The notes: generated by a model from the sequence alone, not told the origin. A DNA stretch of 64,000 nucleotides from Qipengyuania sp. (GCF_042095715.1 NZ_JBELMO010000003.1:66779-130778), one strand, 5' to 3'. Shown: positions 8,855 through 20,225, counted from the stretch's first letter. A program made the numbers and translations.

Positions 8855-10111
8855 ATGTTCGGCTTCGAGCCTTATCATATCCTGCTGGCAGCGACCGGCA
8901 TCGCTATTGCCGCTTCGTACTGGTTGCCGCGTTTTCTATCGGGGCGGGAACCGGCGGCATCGGCAATGCTGGTCCTCACCGGCTGTCTGGTCTTCCAGTT
9001 TGCACCCGGCATGCCGGAGGCGCTCGATCCGGTCTCGGCGCCGCGCGTCTGGGAAGTGGCCGCAGAACTCTGCGTCATCATCGGACTGTTCGGAACGGGA
9101 CTGCGGATCGACCATCTTGCCGTGAAGGACCAATGGCGCGCGACCGCTCGGCTGCTCCTTATCGCAATGCCGCTTACGATCGCGGCGCTTGCCTTCCTGG
9201 GCTGGATGGCGGCGGGAATGACGCTTGCCGGGGGCCTTCTACTGGGTGCGGTCCTCGCGCCGACCGACCCGGTCCTGGCGGGGGATGTGCAGGTGGGGCC
9301 CCCCCACGAGGGCGGCGAGCACCCGGTACGTTACGCCCTGACCACAGAGGCCGGCCTCAACGACGGTCTGGCCTTCCCCTTCGTCCACCTTGGAATACTT
9401 ATAGCCGCCGCTGGCGGACTGACCGCAGGCCTGGCCGGCGAATGGCTGCTGCGCGACGTGGTTTATCGGATCGCCGTGGGAACCGCCGCCGGATGGGGCA
9501 TAGGCTGGCTGCTGGGAAAGATACTTTTCGACTGGCCGCGGCATAATCCGCTATCGAAGACGCAATCGGGACTGATCGCCTTCGCCGGCGTACTGATGGC
9601 ATATGGCCTGACCGAGATCGTCGAGGGATATGGGTTCATTGCGGCCTTCGTTTCGGGCATCACCCTGCGCCGTGTTGAAGAGGAGGATCACTTTCACAAC
9701 CGCCTCCACGATTTCTCCGAATCGCTCGAACACACGCTGACCGCGATCCTGCTAGTTGCGCTTGGCGGGGCGCTGCCCGCCTTGTGGCCTTATCTTGATT
9801 GGCAGCACGCATTGATCGGCGTGGGCCTGGTTTTTGTCGTCCGACCGCTCGCTGGACAGCTCGCTCTCATCGGCACACCGCTGGAGGGACGCCAGCGCTG
9901 GGTGACGGCGTTTTATGGTGTGCGGGGGATCGGCTCGATCTACTACCTTGCCTATGCCGGGCACCATGTGGAGCTCGTAAACGAAGAAACGCTATGGGCG
10001 ACCGTGGCGTTCACCATCGTTCTGAGCACGGTGGTCCATGGCCTCACCGCTGGCATAGCCGTAGAGCGCGCAACCGAGAACCTCGAAACGAAAGATCCCC
10101 GAAGCGCTTGA
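8855..10111 (+). CDS. Cation:proton antiporter (CPA1/NhaP type)
   Basis: LAPTDPVLA, EAGLNDGLAFPF and GVRGIGSIYY motifs; about 12 TM segments. Confidence 0.88.
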   Translation: MFGFEPYHILLAATGIAIAASYWLPRFLSGREPAASAMLVLTGCLVFQFAPGMPEALDPVSAPRVWEVAAELCVIIGLFGTGLRIDHLAVKDQWRATARLLLIAMPLTIAALAFLGWMAAGMTLAGGLLLGAVLAPTDPVLAGDVQVGPPHEGGEHPVRYALTTEAGLNDGLAFPFVHLGILIAAAGGLTAGLAGEWLLRDVVYRIAVGTAAGWGIGWLLGKILFDWPRHNPLSKTQSGLIAFAGVLMAYGLTEIVEGYGFIAAFVSGITLRRVEEEDHFHNRLHDFSESLEHTLTAILLVALGGALPALWPYLDWQHALIGVGLVFVVRPLAGQLALIGTPLEGRQRWVTAFYGVRGIGSIYYLAYAGHHVELVNEETLWATVAFTIVLSTVVHGLTAGIAVERATENLETKDPRSA

Positions 10112-10150
10112 GCGCTCCGGGGTCTCTCCTCTCCAACTGTGAAACTTTGA

Positions 10151-11755
10151 TCAGGCGGCTTGGGGGGCCGCGTCGCGCACGCCCTGGTCGACATGCGGCG
10201 CGAATGGGGTGAAATTGTCCACGAACAGCTGCACGAGCTTTTCTGCCGTCCGGTCGAAAGCATCCTTGTCGTCCCAGGTGGCCCTGGGATCGAGAATGGT
10301 CTGATCGATGCCGGCGTCCTGCAGCGCGGCCACGCTCACCGGGACCTCGAAACCGAAGTTCGGGTCCTTGCGGAACTCGACATTGTCGAGATCGCCGTCC
10401 AGCGCGGCGTTGAGCAAGGCCCGGGTCGCCTTGATCGGCATGCGGCTGCCCGTTCCGTATTTGCCGCCCGTCCAGCCGGTATTGACCAGCCAGCACTGGA
10501 CCCCGCCCTTGGCAATCCGCTCCTTGAGAAGATTGCCGTAGACGCTGGGATGGCGCGGCATGAACGGGGCACCGAAACAGGTGCTGAAGGTCGCCTCGGG
10601 TTCGGTTACGCCGATTTCGGTACCGGCGACTTTCGCGGTATAACCGGACAGGAAGTAATACATCGCCTGGTCGGGCGTCAGCCGCGCGATCGGAGGCAGG
10701 ATGCCGAATGCATCGGCGGTCAGCATGATCACGTTTGCCGGCACCGGGCCCATGTTCTTTTCCGAGGTGTTCGGAATGGCTGCCAGTTCGTAGGCACCGC
10801 GGGTGTTTTCGGCCAGGCTGTTGTCGTCGAGATCGATCTCGCCCGCCTCGTTCATGACTACGTTTTCGAGCACCGTTCCCGCCATCTTCGTGGTGGCGTA
10901 GATCTCCGGCTCCGCCTCGGGCGAGAGGCGGATCATCTTGGCGTAGCAACCGCCTTCGAAGTTGAAGACCGCGGTATCGGACCAGCCATGCTCGTCGTCG
11001 CCGATCAGGGTGCGGCTTGCGTCGGCCGACAATGTGGTCTTGCCGGTTCCCGACAGACCGAAGAACACGGCCGTCTTGCCGTCGGGACCGATATTGGCCG
11101 AACAATGCATCGGCATCACGCCCTTGGGCGGCAGCAGGTAGTTCAAGATCCCGAAGACGCTTTTCTTCATCTCTCCGGCGTATTTCGTGCCGCCGATCAG
11201 CACGAGCTTCTCTGCGAAATTGACGGCGATAACCGTCTCGCTCCGAGTACCGTGGCGTGCCGGATCGGCCTTGAAGCTGGGCAGATCGATGATGGTGTAT
11301 TCGGGCACGAAGCCTTGCAGTTCGTCGGCAGTGGGGCGCACCAGCAGCGTGCGGATGAACTGGTTGTGCCAGGCCAGTTCATTGACGACGCGCACACGTA
11401 CGCGATATTCGGGCTGAGACCCGCCGAAAAGATCGGCGACGTAGAGCGTGTCCTTACCGTTCAACGCATCGAGAAAATCGGTCTTGAGCGCTGCAAACTG
11501 ATCGGGCGCCATGCTGGCGTTGTTGTCCCACCACACGGTGTCTTCGGTCTCACCGTCGCGAACGATGAACTTGTCCTTCGCACTGCGGCCGGTGTGCTTG
11601 CCCGTCGCAACGACCAAGGGCCCGTCCTTGGCCAGTTCGCCCTCGCCGTTGCGAAGCGCATGTTCGGTAAGCTGCTCGGACGAAAGATTGGCGTGGATAG
11701 TGGCGTTGGTGGCAATGCCCTGGTCGGCAAGCGAATGCGATAGCGAGGTCGTCAC
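10151..11755 (-). CDS. pckA: Phosphoenolpyruvate carboxykinase (ATP)
   Basis: [12 protein letters not shown]-loop, [18 protein letters not shown] and [10 protein letters not shown]; GTG start with AGGAG RBS. Confidence 0.96.
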   Translation of the reverse strand: MTTSLSHSLADQGIATNATIHANLSSEQLTEHALRNGEGELAKDGPLVVATGKHTGRSAKDKFIVRDGETEDTVWWDNNASMAPDQFAALKTDFLDALNGKDTLYVADLFGGSQPEYRVRVRVVNELAWHNQFIRTLLVRPTADELQGFVPEYTIIDLPSFKADPARHGTRSETVIAVNFAEKLVLIGGTKYAGEMKKSVFGILNYLLPPKGVMPMHCSANIGPDGKTAVFFGLSGTGKTTLSADASRTLIGDDEHGWSDTAVFNFEGGCYAKMIRLSPEAEPEIYATTKMAGTVLENVVMNEAGEIDLDDNSLAENTRGAYELAAIPNTSEKNMGPVPANVIMLTADAFGILPPIARLTPDQAMYYFLSGYTAKVAGTEIGVTEPEATFSTCFGAPFMPRHPSVYGNLLKERIAKGGVQCWLVNTGWTGGKYGTGSRMPIKATRALLNAALDGDLDNVEFRKDPNFGFEVPVSVAALQDAGIDQTILDPRATWDDKDAFDRTAEKLVQLFVDNFTPFAPHVDQGVRDAAPQAA

Positions 11756-11963
11756 GCGTCTTCTCCTGGCGCGAATAGCTTTTTCAGCCAATGCTGGCGG
11801 TCCGAACGCATTCGTATGCGTCAGGCTTATGGGTGGCGCATAATGCGCTGCAATGCCGAGGTCAATTTGCACCTGCGAAGAAGGCGCGCCCGCCCGAACT
11901 CATACTGAAATCGATACTTTCCTCGCGTTGTATCGCGACGCCAAAGCGCCTAACCCGTCTTCG

Positions 11964-12716
11964 ATGAACGAGGCTGCACATACCGATCCCGAAATTGCGC
12001 CGACCTTGTCGCCGGTCGTGGCCCTAGTGGATGATGATCGCAATATCCTGACCACGGTATCCATCGCGCTCCAGGCGGAGGGCTTTGCGACCCGTCTTTA
12101 CTCGGATGGCGAGGCGGCCCTTGCCGCGCTTATCGAAAATCCGCCCGACCTCGCGGTTTTCGACATCAAGATGCCACGCATGGATGGGATGGAACTGCTG
12201 CGGCGCCTGCGCCAGCGATCCGCGCTCCCGGTGATTTTCCTCACCAGCAAGGATGACGAGGCGGACGAGGAAGCAGGCCTGGAGACGGGGGCGGACGACT
12301 ACATCGCCAAGCCGTTCAGCCTTCGCCTGCTCGTCGCGCGCATCCGCGCGATCCTGCGCCGGGGCGATGTAAACCTGCCATCGCCTGGAGAAGAGCCTGC
12401 AACCCGCGTTGCAACGTTCATCGAACGCGGGCGGCTCGTGATGGACCCGTCACGTCATCAGGTGACCTGGGATGACAAGCCCGTCAGCCTGACCGTCACC
12501 GAGTTTCTGTTGCTGGAAGCACTTGCCGCACGTCCCGGTGTCATCAAGAGCCGTAACCAGCTGATGGACTCGGCGTATCCCGACGATGTCTTCGTGGATG
12601 ACCGAACGGTCGATAGCCACATCAAGCGTATGCGGCGCAAGTTTCGCGGCGTGGACCCGGACTTCTCCGCCATCAGCACGCTGTATGGGGCGGGCTACAG
12701 CTTCAGCGATGAATAA
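11964..12716 (+). CDS. chvI: OmpR-family response regulator ChvI
   Basis: Receiver domain (LVDDDRN, FDIKMP) plus wHTH ([16 protein letters not shown]); canonical position between pckA and chvG. Confidence 0.9.
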   Translation: MNEAAHTDPEIAPTLSPVVALVDDDRNILTTVSIALQAEGFATRLYSDGEAALAALIENPPDLAVFDIKMPRMDGMELLRRLRQRSALPVIFLTSKDDEADEEAGLETGADDYIAKPFSLRLLVARIRAILRRGDVNLPSPGEEPATRVATFIERGRLVMDPSRHQVTWDDKPVSLTVTEFLLLEALAARPGVIKSRNQLMDSAYPDDVFVDDRTVDSHIKRMRRKFRGVDPDFSAISTLYGAGYSFSDE

Positions 12717-14262
12717 GGCGGCTACGGCCGGCACGCCTGCCCCGCCCAAGTTTGGCGCCCGGCTTTCCCTCACCGCGCGCATCCTCTTGGTCAATGTCCT
12801 GCCGCTCGTCCTGCTGGGCGGCGGGGTCATCTACCTCGACGTCTATCGCAAGCAATTGCTGGACGAGCGCTTCAAGCTCGCACTGGTGGAGGCGCAGATC
12901 GTGGCTGAAGCCCTGGCCGGTGCGAACGATGCCCGGCAGGAGGCGCTGCTGATCCAGATCGGCAAGGAACAGAAGCTGCGACTGCGGCTCTATGCCGACG
13001 ATGGCACTCTGGAAGCGGACAGCTTCGCTCTCGCCCCGCCGACGTTCACGCTCGCCCAACCCGCCCGCGACGATTTCGCCCGATCCCTGGACCGCTGGTT
13101 CGATTGGCTGGTGGATGCGCCTCCGCTCCCGGACTATCGCGAGCCTGCCGAGGACGACGTTGCCGCATGGCCCGAATTGGCGCGCGCAAAGGACGAAAGC
13201 CTCACGCAGATCGTTGTTCGCGATGCCCCCGATGGCAGCCATGTCATCACGGCCGCCGCGCCGGTTGGCCTGCGCGGCGAGACCTTGCTGTTGACGCGCA
13301 ATCCGGTCGATATCGTGGAATCCGTGCGCCGCGCGCGCAGTCTGGTCGCGCTGGCGGTGCTGGTCGCTCTCGGCGTATCGACGTTCCTCTCCTTGTTTCT
13401 GGCGCGGACCATCGTGGTGCCTTTGCGCACTCTCGCCCAGGCGGCAGTGCGCGTGCGACAGGGACGCGATCGGCAAGTCGAGGTGCCGAGACTGCCCGAT
13501 CGTAGCGACGAGATCGGCCAGCTCGCCCGCGCCACTTCGGATATGACGAGCGCCCTGCGCCAGCGTATCGACGCCGTCGAAAGTTTCGCGGCGGATGTCG
13601 CGCATGAAATCAAGAACCCGCTGGCCTCGCTTCGCAATGCGACGGATACATTGGGCAAGGTCGAGGACCCGGCGTTGAGGGCACAGCTTCTCGATATCGC
13701 CCGCCACGATGTCAAAAGGATCGACCGCCTCGTTACCGAGATTTCGGACGCAAGCCGGATCGATGCAGAGCTCAGCCGCGCCACCTTCGCGCAGGTCGAC
13801 CTGGTCGCCCTCACCGAGGCCATCGTGGGATCGCGCGAGGATCGCGCCCAGAACGATGGCCACCCGATCAGGATCGCGACTACGCTGTCGACTGTTTCGG
13901 TCATGGGAGAGCCGTCCCGCCTCGAGCGAGTCATCGTGAACCTGCTCGACAACGCGGTCTCGTTCTCGCCGCCAATGGCCGAGATCGAGGTGGTCATTGC
14001 CCGTGATGGGAGGTGGGTCACGTTGAGCGTCATCGATTCGGGGCCGGGTATCCCGGAGGAGCGACGCGAAAATGTCTTCCAGCGTTTCCACTCGCTCCGC
14101 CCCGACGACGAGGACTTCGGCAATCATTCCGGGCTGGGCCTGGCCATCGCCCGCTCTATTGCGGAGGCGCATGATGGCCGACTGGAGGCCTTATCGCGAG
14201 AGGACGGCAACCCCGGCGCGCGCATGCGGCTGAGCCTGCCGGCGCTGGAGCCGGGCCGCTGA
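12709..14262 (+). CDS. chvG: Sensor histidine kinase ChvG
   Basis: Two TM helices, [16 protein letters not shown]-box, NLLDNA, DSGPG and SGLGLAI. Confidence 0.9.
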   Translation: MNKAATAGTPAPPKFGARLSLTARILLVNVLPLVLLGGGVIYLDVYRKQLLDERFKLALVEAQIVAEALAGANDARQEALLIQIGKEQKLRLRLYADDGTLEADSFALAPPTFTLAQPARDDFARSLDRWFDWLVDAPPLPDYREPAEDDVAAWPELARAKDESLTQIVVRDAPDGSHVITAAAPVGLRGETLLLTRNPVDIVESVRRARSLVALAVLVALGVSTFLSLFLARTIVVPLRTLAQAAVRVRQGRDRQVEVPRLPDRSDEIGQLARATSDMTSALRQRIDAVESFAADVAHEIKNPLASLRNATDTLGKVEDPALRAQLLDIARHDVKRIDRLVTEISDASRIDAELSRATFAQVDLVALTEAIVGSREDRAQNDGHPIRIATTLSTVSVMGEPSRLERVIVNLLDNAVSFSPPMAEIEVVIARDGRWVTLSVIDSGPGIPEERRENVFQRFHSLRPDDEDFGNHSGLGLAIARSIAEAHDGRLEALSREDGNPGARMRLSLPALEPGR

Positions 14263-14263
14263 C

Positions 14264-14695
14264 ATGGAGATACTCGCCAACGTCAGCTGCGTTTCGATGA
14301 AAGGCCGTGGGCTGCTCATCTGCGGCCCCGTGGAAAGCGGCAAGAGCACCCTGGCCATGGCGATGATCGACCGCGGGGCAATCCTGGTCGGAGACGATGG
14401 CATCGTTCTCAGGCGCGCCCACGGGCGTTTGTGGGCCGATCCGCCGCCGAACATCGCGGGCAAGCTGGAGATACGCGGGGTGGGGATAGTCGAGCTTCCG
14501 ACCATTTCCGCACCCCTCTGTCTGGCGGTGACGCTGGGAGAAGACGGTCCGCGATTGCCCGACGTGGACTGGATGAAATTCGATGGAGGGGACCTCCCTC
14601 ACCTTCGGGCACGCAGTGACGCCGGGCGCCTCGACCTGCGTATGGAGTACGCGATGGACCTTCATGGGCTGCCAGGCCCCGACGCGTTCGTGTGA
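14264..14695 (+). CDS. hprK: Short HPr kinase/phosphorylase
   Basis: GPVESGKSTL Walker A, LVGDD and GKLEIRGVGI; conserved chvG-hprK synteny. Confidence 0.85.
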   Translation: MEILANVSCVSMKGRGLLICGPVESGKSTLAMAMIDRGAILVGDDGIVLRRAHGRLWADPPPNIAGKLEIRGVGIVELPTISAPLCLAVTLGEDGPRLPDVDWMKFDGGDLPHLRARSDAGRLDLRMEYAMDLHGLPGPDAFV

Positions 14696-14743
14696 AGCCA
14701 GCCCTTTCGCGCGTGCGGCATGCCTGACATGAAAGGCGCGCCG

Positions 14744-15661
14744 ATGACCAGCGATTCGATCCCGACCGACCCACGCCTCCTGATCGTTTCGGGCTTGTCC
14801 GGCGCCGGAAAGTCGACGGCGCTCGAGGTGCTGGAAGATCTGGGTTGGGAGACCATCGACAACGTGCCGATACGGCTGCTCGAAGGCCTGTTGGCGACCG
14901 GACCGGCGGATGGCGTGCCGCTTGCGATCGGCATCGATTCCCGGACCCGCGGGTATGATCCGGCCGCGATCCTGACTGTTATCGACCAATCCGGATCCGA
15001 TATCGAGATCCTGTTCCTCGATGCCGCCCCCGATGTCATCCAGCGCCGCTATAACGAGACTAGGCGCCCTCATCCGCTGGGGCGGGATCGGCAGATCGCC
15101 GACGCGATCAGGGCGGAGCGGGAAATGGTCGAGCCCCTCCAGCGCCGCGCCACGATGACGCTCGATACCAGCGATTATGGTGTGAACGAATTGCAGCAGG
15201 TGATGCGCAACCAGTTCGGGGACGCGGCCGGGGAAGCAATGGCAATCACCGTCACGAGCTTCGGCTTTGCACGCGGAATGCCGCCCCTCGCCGATCTGGT
15301 ATTCGACATGCGGTTTCTGGACAATCCGCACTGGGATCCCGTCTTACGCCCGCAAACGGGGCTCGATGGAGCGGTGGGGGAGCACATCGCGCAGGACCCC
15401 GCCTTTTCCCCATCCTTTGAACGGATCACAGCCACGATTCTGGAGCTTCTTCCCCATTATGCGGCGCAGGGCCGCGCCTATCTGACGATCGCCTTCGGCT
15501 GCACCGGTGGGCGGCACCGCTCGGTCTATTCGGCCGAACGAATGGGCGAAGTCCTGCGCGAGGCGGGGCATGATCCGATCGTCCACCACCGCAACCTCAC
15601 CCTGGCAGCGCCCGACGCATCGAATCGCACCGCAACGATACAACCCGGCCGGGGCGGTTGA
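14744..15661 (+). CDS. rapZ: RNase adapter RapZ (YhbJ/YvcJ)
   Basis: SGLSGAGKS, DNVP, FDMRFLDNP and GCTGGRHRSV. Confidence 0.92.
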   Translation: MTSDSIPTDPRLLIVSGLSGAGKSTALEVLEDLGWETIDNVPIRLLEGLLATGPADGVPLAIGIDSRTRGYDPAAILTVIDQSGSDIEILFLDAAPDVIQRRYNETRRPHPLGRDRQIADAIRAEREMVEPLQRRATMTLDTSDYGVNELQQVMRNQFGDAAGEAMAITVTSFGFARGMPPLADLVFDMRFLDNPHWDPVLRPQTGLDGAVGEHIAQDPAFSPSFERITATILELLPHYAAQGRAYLTIAFGCTGGRHRSVYSAERMGEVLREAGHDPIVHHRNLTLAAPDASNRTATIQPGRGG

Positions 15662-15739
15662 CATGGCAGGAAATGCAGGCCTAGTCCGCCGCACTTCGAG
15701 CGTCACCGTCTTGCAACGCCACCCGGGATCCATCGCCCC

Positions 15740-16168
15740 ATGATCGGCCTCATTCTGGTAACCCACGGCCGGCTCGCCGAGCATTTCGTCGAGGCGATGG
15801 AGCACGTCGTCGGAGCGCAGGACGATGTGGCCACGATCTGCATCGGGCCCAGCGACGACATGGAGCAGCGCCGACAGGACATTGCAGACGCCATCGCCAA
15901 GGTAGATACCGGATCGGGCGCCATCATATTGACCGACCTGTTCGGCGGTACCCCGTCTAATCTCGCGATCTCCCTGCTCGAAACCGGGCGAGTGGAGGTC
16001 ATCGCGGGCATCAATCTGCCGATGCTGATCCGACTGGCCGGCGCCCGCAAGGCCATGAACGTGGTCGAGGCGGTGCAGGCCGCGCAGCAGGCTGGCCGCA
16101 ACTACATCACCGTCGCGTCCGAGTTCCTGGGGCACAGCGAGGACTCGCCCAAGAAGGCTTCCGCCTGA
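15740..16168 (+). CDS. PTS EIIA component (mannose/fructose type)
   Basis: LVTHGRLA, LTDLFGGTPSN and AGINLPML. Confidence 0.9.
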   Translation: MIGLILVTHGRLAEHFVEAMEHVVGAQDDVATICIGPSDDMEQRRQDIADAIAKVDTGSGAIILTDLFGGTPSNLAISLLETGRVEVIAGINLPMLIRLAGARKAMNVVEAVQAAQQAGRNYITVASEFLGHSEDSPKKASA

Positions 16169-16178
16169 GGATGCCGGC

Positions 16179-16457
16179 TTGAGCGAAACGCGCCGCACCC
16201 TCACCGTGGTCAACCAGCGCGGCCTGCATGCACGGGCCAGCGCGAAGTTCGTCACGGCTGTGGCCGAGCTGCCCGAAGGCGTTTCTGTGCGCGTGGCCAA
16301 GGGCGGCAACGAAGCGGCGGGCGGCTCCATCCTTGGTCTGATGATGCTGGGCGCGGCGAAGGGCGACACGGTCGAGCTGATCGTCAAGGGCGAGAACGCC
16401 GAAACCGTAATCGAGTCGTTGTCGGCCATGGTCGAGGACGGGTTCGGGGAAACGTGA
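16179..16457 (+). CDS. ptsH: Phosphocarrier protein HPr/NPr
   Basis: GLHARASAKF (phospho-His) and SILGLMMLGA; TTG start. Confidence 0.9.
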   Translation: MSETRRTLTVVNQRGLHARASAKFVTAVAELPEGVSVRVAKGGNEAAGGSILGLMMLGAAKGDTVELIVKGENAETVIESLSAMVEDGFGET

Positions 16458-17269
16458 CCCGCCGCCGTATCACCGGCTTCTCCAATCCCAGCGTCAAGGC
16501 GATCCGCGCTCTCCGGGAGAAGAAGCACCGCCGGCGCGAGGGCCGCTTCCTGGCCGAGGGGCTGCGCCTGCTGACGGATGCGCGCGAGAACGGGCGCCTG
16601 CCCGAGACTCTGGTTCTGTCCGATGCGCGCGACCCGCACCCCCTGCTCGCCGCGCTGGAGGCGGCGGTGACCGAGGCAGGCGGAGAGGTTCTGGAAACGA
16701 CCCCGGATATCCTCTCCAAGATCACCGGCAAGGCCAATCCCCAGGCGGTGGCCGGGGTCTTCACCGAATTCGACACCTCGCTGGAGCGGGTGGACCGCAG
16801 CCGGGCGCCGATCTGGCTGGTGGCGCAGGCGCTGCGCGATCCGGGGAACCTGGGCACCATGCTGCGGACGGGCGATGCCGTTGGCGCTGGCGGGTTGATC
16901 CTGATCGACGACTGCGCCGACCCTTTCGGAGTAGAGACGGTGCGGGCCAGCATGGGGGCAATCTTCACGCAGCAGCTGGCCCAGGCATCCTGGCCCGAGT
17001 TCCTCGAATGGCTGCGTGCGGGCGCCGGGGAACAGGGGGGGCAGCTGGTCGCGGCGAGCCTGCGCGATGCCCGTCCCTATCGCGGCGCGCCCTATGCCGC
17101 GCCCTGCTTCGTGATGGTGGGTAATGAATCGCAGGGCCTGCCGGATGCTTACGAGGCAGCCTGCGATCTGCGCGTCACCATGCCGATGAAGGGCCGCGCC
17201 GACAGCCTGAATGCCGCCGTCGCCGCGGCGGTCCTTGCCTACGAAGTACTCGCCACGCTGGATGCGTGA
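16454..17269 (+). CDS. TrmH/SpoU family RNA methyltransferase
   Basis: DPGNLGTMLR, GNESQGL and RADSLNAAVAAAV SPOUT motifs. Confidence 0.9.
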   Translation: MTRRRITGFSNPSVKAIRALREKKHRRREGRFLAEGLRLLTDARENGRLPETLVLSDARDPHPLLAALEAAVTEAGGEVLETTPDILSKITGKANPQAVAGVFTEFDTSLERVDRSRAPIWLVAQALRDPGNLGTMLRTGDAVGAGGLILIDDCADPFGVETVRASMGAIFTQQLAQASWPEFLEWLRAGAGEQGGQLVAASLRDARPYRGAPYAAPCFVMVGNESQGLPDAYEAACDLRVTMPMKGRADSLNAAVAAAVLAYEVLATLDA

Positions 17270-17968
17270 TCAGTCCCCGTTGACGAAGCTGACGATCTGC
17301 CAGCCGTCACCGACCGGGGCGACGCGCAGGCGATAGTCTAGCGGCGAGCGCAGCATCGCCGTTTCGATGTAGCCCTGCGTCCCATCGGCGAGCGTCACTT
17401 TCTGAAACGTCCCCGCCGGGTCGAGACCGTCCGTCAGGGCTACTGCATCCCAGCTTACCGTGGCCAGTTGCGGGCCATCCGCCGCCGCGGCGGAGCGCAG
17501 CGGCACATCCTTGCCCGTGACGATCATGGAACGTGTCGGGTCAAGATCGTCCATCGGCTGCGCCGCGTACCAGGGCATCACCATCTCGCCATTGTCCGCC
17601 CGCGCGCAGCCCAACATCGTGGCCGAATCGAGAGCGCGCCACAGCTGGCCGTCCTTGTCCGACAGCCGTTCGCGAAGCGTCACCAGCCCCGCCCCGCCCC
17701 CGAAATCGAGCTGGACGTCGGCGCTGGTATTGCTGAGGAGAAGGTTTGCGTCCCGCATCCGGACCGCGTTTTCCAACGCCAGGAAGAACGCCTTCGCACC
17801 CGGCAGCTCGATACATTCGTTGCGGGGTTCGAAGCGCCCCTGAGGCGCCGCGGGCGTCGGTGCGGCGGCGACGGCATCCGCATCGCCCTCGGTCGGACCG
17901 TCCGCCGGCTGCCCGCATGCGGCCAGCGCGGCCAGGGCCATGGCGCTCAAGGCTCCGGCAATTCGCAT
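17270..17968 (-). CDS. Hypothetical lipoprotein with C-terminal SH3-like domain
   Basis: Lipobox LAAC; C-terminal VPLRSAAAADGPQLATV..FQKVTLADGTQGYI resembles bacterial SH3. Confidence 0.7.
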   Translation of the reverse strand: MRIAGALSAMALAALAACGQPADGPTEGDADAVAAAPTPAAPQGRFEPRNECIELPGAKAFFLALENAVRMRDANLLLSNTSADVQLDFGGGAGLVTLRERLSDKDGQLWRALDSATMLGCARADNGEMVMPWYAAQPMDDLDPTRSMIVTGKDVPLRSAAAADGPQLATVSWDAVALTDGLDPAGTFQKVTLADGTQGYIETAMLRSPLDYRLRVAPVGDGWQIVSFVNGD

Positions 17969-18148
17969 GTAAATCTTCTCCCGTGTCGCCAGCCCCTGTC
18001 GCGTGTTCAATCCCGGGCACCGCAGCAGGTTCCACAAAAGGATTACGCTACGTCACCTTGCTGTCAAACCTTTGATCGCGCGGCTAATAGGATTGGAAGT
18101 TCACACTAAGGTCAGGCCAAAATACACCCTTGCACCGAGCGGCTTCCG

Positions 18149-19606
18149 CTACTCCGCCGCTTCGCGCGCATCAGCGATCTGCGCAACATCGTCGCCCGTG
18201 TAGCGCGGCGCACTTTCCACCAGCGCCACCTCCTCGATCTCGCGTTTGCCGATCTCGATGCCCTTGTCCTTCATTTTCTTGGCGGACACGAGAACTCTCG
18301 ATTCAAAGCTCCGGTGGAAATCGTTGTAGCTCGACACGGCCCGTCCGAGATGCGTTCCCATCTTACCCAAATCCTCAGTAACCTTGGCAAGCCGGTCATA
18401 AAGTTCGCCGCCTAGTCTCCCGATCTCCTTGGCTTCTTGGGCCATCTTATCCTGCCGCCACACCTGCGCCACCGTGCGCGCGATGGCGACGAGATTGGTG
18501 GGCGTCGCCAGCAGCACCTTGTTGCGAAAGGCGAAATCCCACAGCTCCGGATCGGCCTCCAGCGCGGCGGCCACAAAATGCTCGCCGGGCACGAACATCA
18601 CGACATAATCGGGCGCGTCGTCGAACTGGCTCTGGTAACTCTTGGACCCCAGCGTCTGGACGTGGTTCTTCATCGCGCGCGCATGCAGATCCATGTGCCG
18701 CTTGCGCTCGCCATCGTCTTCCGCCTCGAACGCGGCCTGATAGGCGTTTAGCGAGACCTTGGCGTCGATCACCAGCTTCTTCTGGCCCGGCACGTTGACG
18801 ATGGCATCGGGCCGCAGCCGGCCCTCCTCGGTTTCCATCGAATGTTCGAGATGGAAATCGGTATGTTCGGCGAGGCCACATTGCTCCAGCACGTTCTGCA
18901 ACGCCCGCTCGCCCCAGCGCCCGCGCGCCTTGGGCGCGTTGGTCAGCGAATTGCCGAGCCTCTGCGCCTCGCGCCGGACCTCTTCCTGCCCCGCTTTCAT
19001 GGACTCGATCAGCCCGGTGAGCTGGCCGAAGGCATCCACACGCTTGGCCTCCAGCGCCCCCACCTGATCCTCATAGGCCTTGAGGCGCGCGCCGACGGGT
19101 TCGAGCAGCGCCTTCAGTTTTTCCTCGCTCGCCTTTTCGGAGTGGCCCAGCCGTTCGGCGGCCCGCTCGATCAGCGATTCCTGCGCCTTGGTCAGAACGG
19201 CATGACCGGTGTTCTGAAATTCCTTGAGCAGGGCTTCGCGCGCCTCCACCAGCAAACGCTTCTGCTCGTCGAAATTGGCGGTCTTTTCCTTGAGCGTTGC
19301 CAGTTCGGACCCGAGCGCGGCATTCTCCCGCCGCTGCGCATCGAGCGCGGCCTCCTGCGCACCGCGTATCTGGCGCAGTTCGGCATCGAGCGCATCCGCC
19401 CGCTCCGCGCGCACGGAGGCGTTTTCCAGCTCCACGATGGCGCGGCGAAACTTCTCGTCCAGCGCCTTCGCCTCCGCATCGCGCTCCCCATGCCGCGCCC
19501 GCCATTCAGCCACGGGCCGCCCCCCGAGAAACCAGCCGACAGCAAGCCCCGCCAGCAGGGCAACAATGACGAAAATGATCGCAAGCATGTCCATGCGCGG
19601 GAACAT
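18149..19606 (-). CDS. rmuC: DNA recombination protein RmuC
   Basis: N-terminal TM helix, coiled coil, RGRWGE, RPDAIV..IDAK and MFVPGE. Confidence 0.92.
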   Translation of the reverse strand: MFPRMDMLAIIFVIVALLAGLAVGWFLGGRPVAEWRARHGERDAEAKALDEKFRRAIVELENASVRAERADALDAELRQIRGAQEAALDAQRRENAALGSELATLKEKTANFDEQKRLLVEAREALLKEFQNTGHAVLTKAQESLIERAAERLGHSEKASEEKLKALLEPVGARLKAYEDQVGALEAKRVDAFGQLTGLIESMKAGQEEVRREAQRLGNSLTNAPKARGRWGERALQNVLEQCGLAEHTDFHLEHSMETEEGRLRPDAIVNVPGQKKLVIDAKVSLNAYQAAFEAEDDGERKRHMDLHARAMKNHVQTLGSKSYQSQFDDAPDYVVMFVPGEHFVAAALEADPELWDFAFRNKVLLATPTNLVAIARTVAQVWRQDKMAQEAKEIGRLGGELYDRLAKVTEDLGKMGTHLGRAVSSYNDFHRSFESRVLVSAKKMKDKGIEIGKREIEEVALVESAPRYTGDDVAQIADAREAAE

Positions 19607-19728
19607 AGCCGGAACGGGAGGTGTAGGAAAGGCCAGAAAATCCAGCTTTCCCCGGAATTCGGAATTCTTATCGCTTGCGCGCGTCGGTTACGGCGCACCC
19701 GCTTTGGGCTATTCCGAAATTGCCGCTC

Positions 19729-19758
19729 AACGTCTGAAATTGGGTGGAAAGCGGAAGT
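19729..19758 (+). repeat. Imperfect palindromic repeat unit U1
   Basis: aacgtctgaaattgggtggaaagcggaagt; aligns with the units at 20103, 20198 and 21871. Confidence 0.7.
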
Positions 19759-20096
19759 CACCGACCGCTGATTGTTTGCTGCAATCCCGCTCGATAGCGC
19801 TCTAGGTATCGTTCCGCTGCAATGCGCTTCCGTCTAGCACCATGCCAGCCCCACAGCAGACTAAAGGGAATGAGCAACATGGGCAGGCAGCCCCAAAGTG
19901 CTTCCGGGAGGTTCAGCGGGAAGACCACGTAGGCTGACAGTGCGACAAACCCGCAGAACGACATGCTGCTCAAGGTTAACATGACGCGCTCCGTCCCCCT
20001 TTCGGCTGACGGCGGCACAAACGGTTGCACACCTAGTGGACGCGTTCGCTGGGAATAGAGCATGGGCATCAGTAAAGAATGCCAAATCGCTCGCAT
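19758..20096 (-). CDS. Orphan 112-aa two-TM protein bracketed by repeat units
   Basis: MRAIWHSLLM...SMSFCGFVALSAYVVFPLNLPEALWGCLPMLLIPFSLLWGWHGARRKR; the ATG is 6 nt from U2 and the stop touches U1; atypical codon usage. Confidence 0.5.
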   Translation of the reverse strand: MRAIWHSLLMPMLYSQRTRPLGVQPFVPPSAERGTERVMLTLSSMSFCGFVALSAYVVFPLNLPEALWGCLPMLLIPFSLLWGWHGARRKRIAAERYLERYRAGLQQTISGR

Positions 20097-20102
20097 GCTC
20101 GC

Positions 20103-20225
20103 AATGTCCGTAATGGGGTCGTTTGCTGACAGTCCGGATTTGGGCCAATACAAACCAAAGCGGACGGACGCTGATGGACAGCTTCCCAAGCTTCGCGAAC
20201 GACCGATATGGGTGGATAGCTGGCA
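20103..20225 (+). repeat. Mosaic of repeat units U2 (20103-20132) and U3 (20198-20225) with a related internal hairpin
   Basis: aatgtccgtaatggggtcgtttgctgacag and aacgaccgatatgggtggatagctggca; the spacer contains gtccg...cggac. Confidence 0.72.

Noticed and set aside
11836-11848. Palindrome gcgcat-a-atgcgc between pckA and chvI
   Set aside because: A single short GC-rich palindrome could arise by chance; there is no second copy to define a motif.
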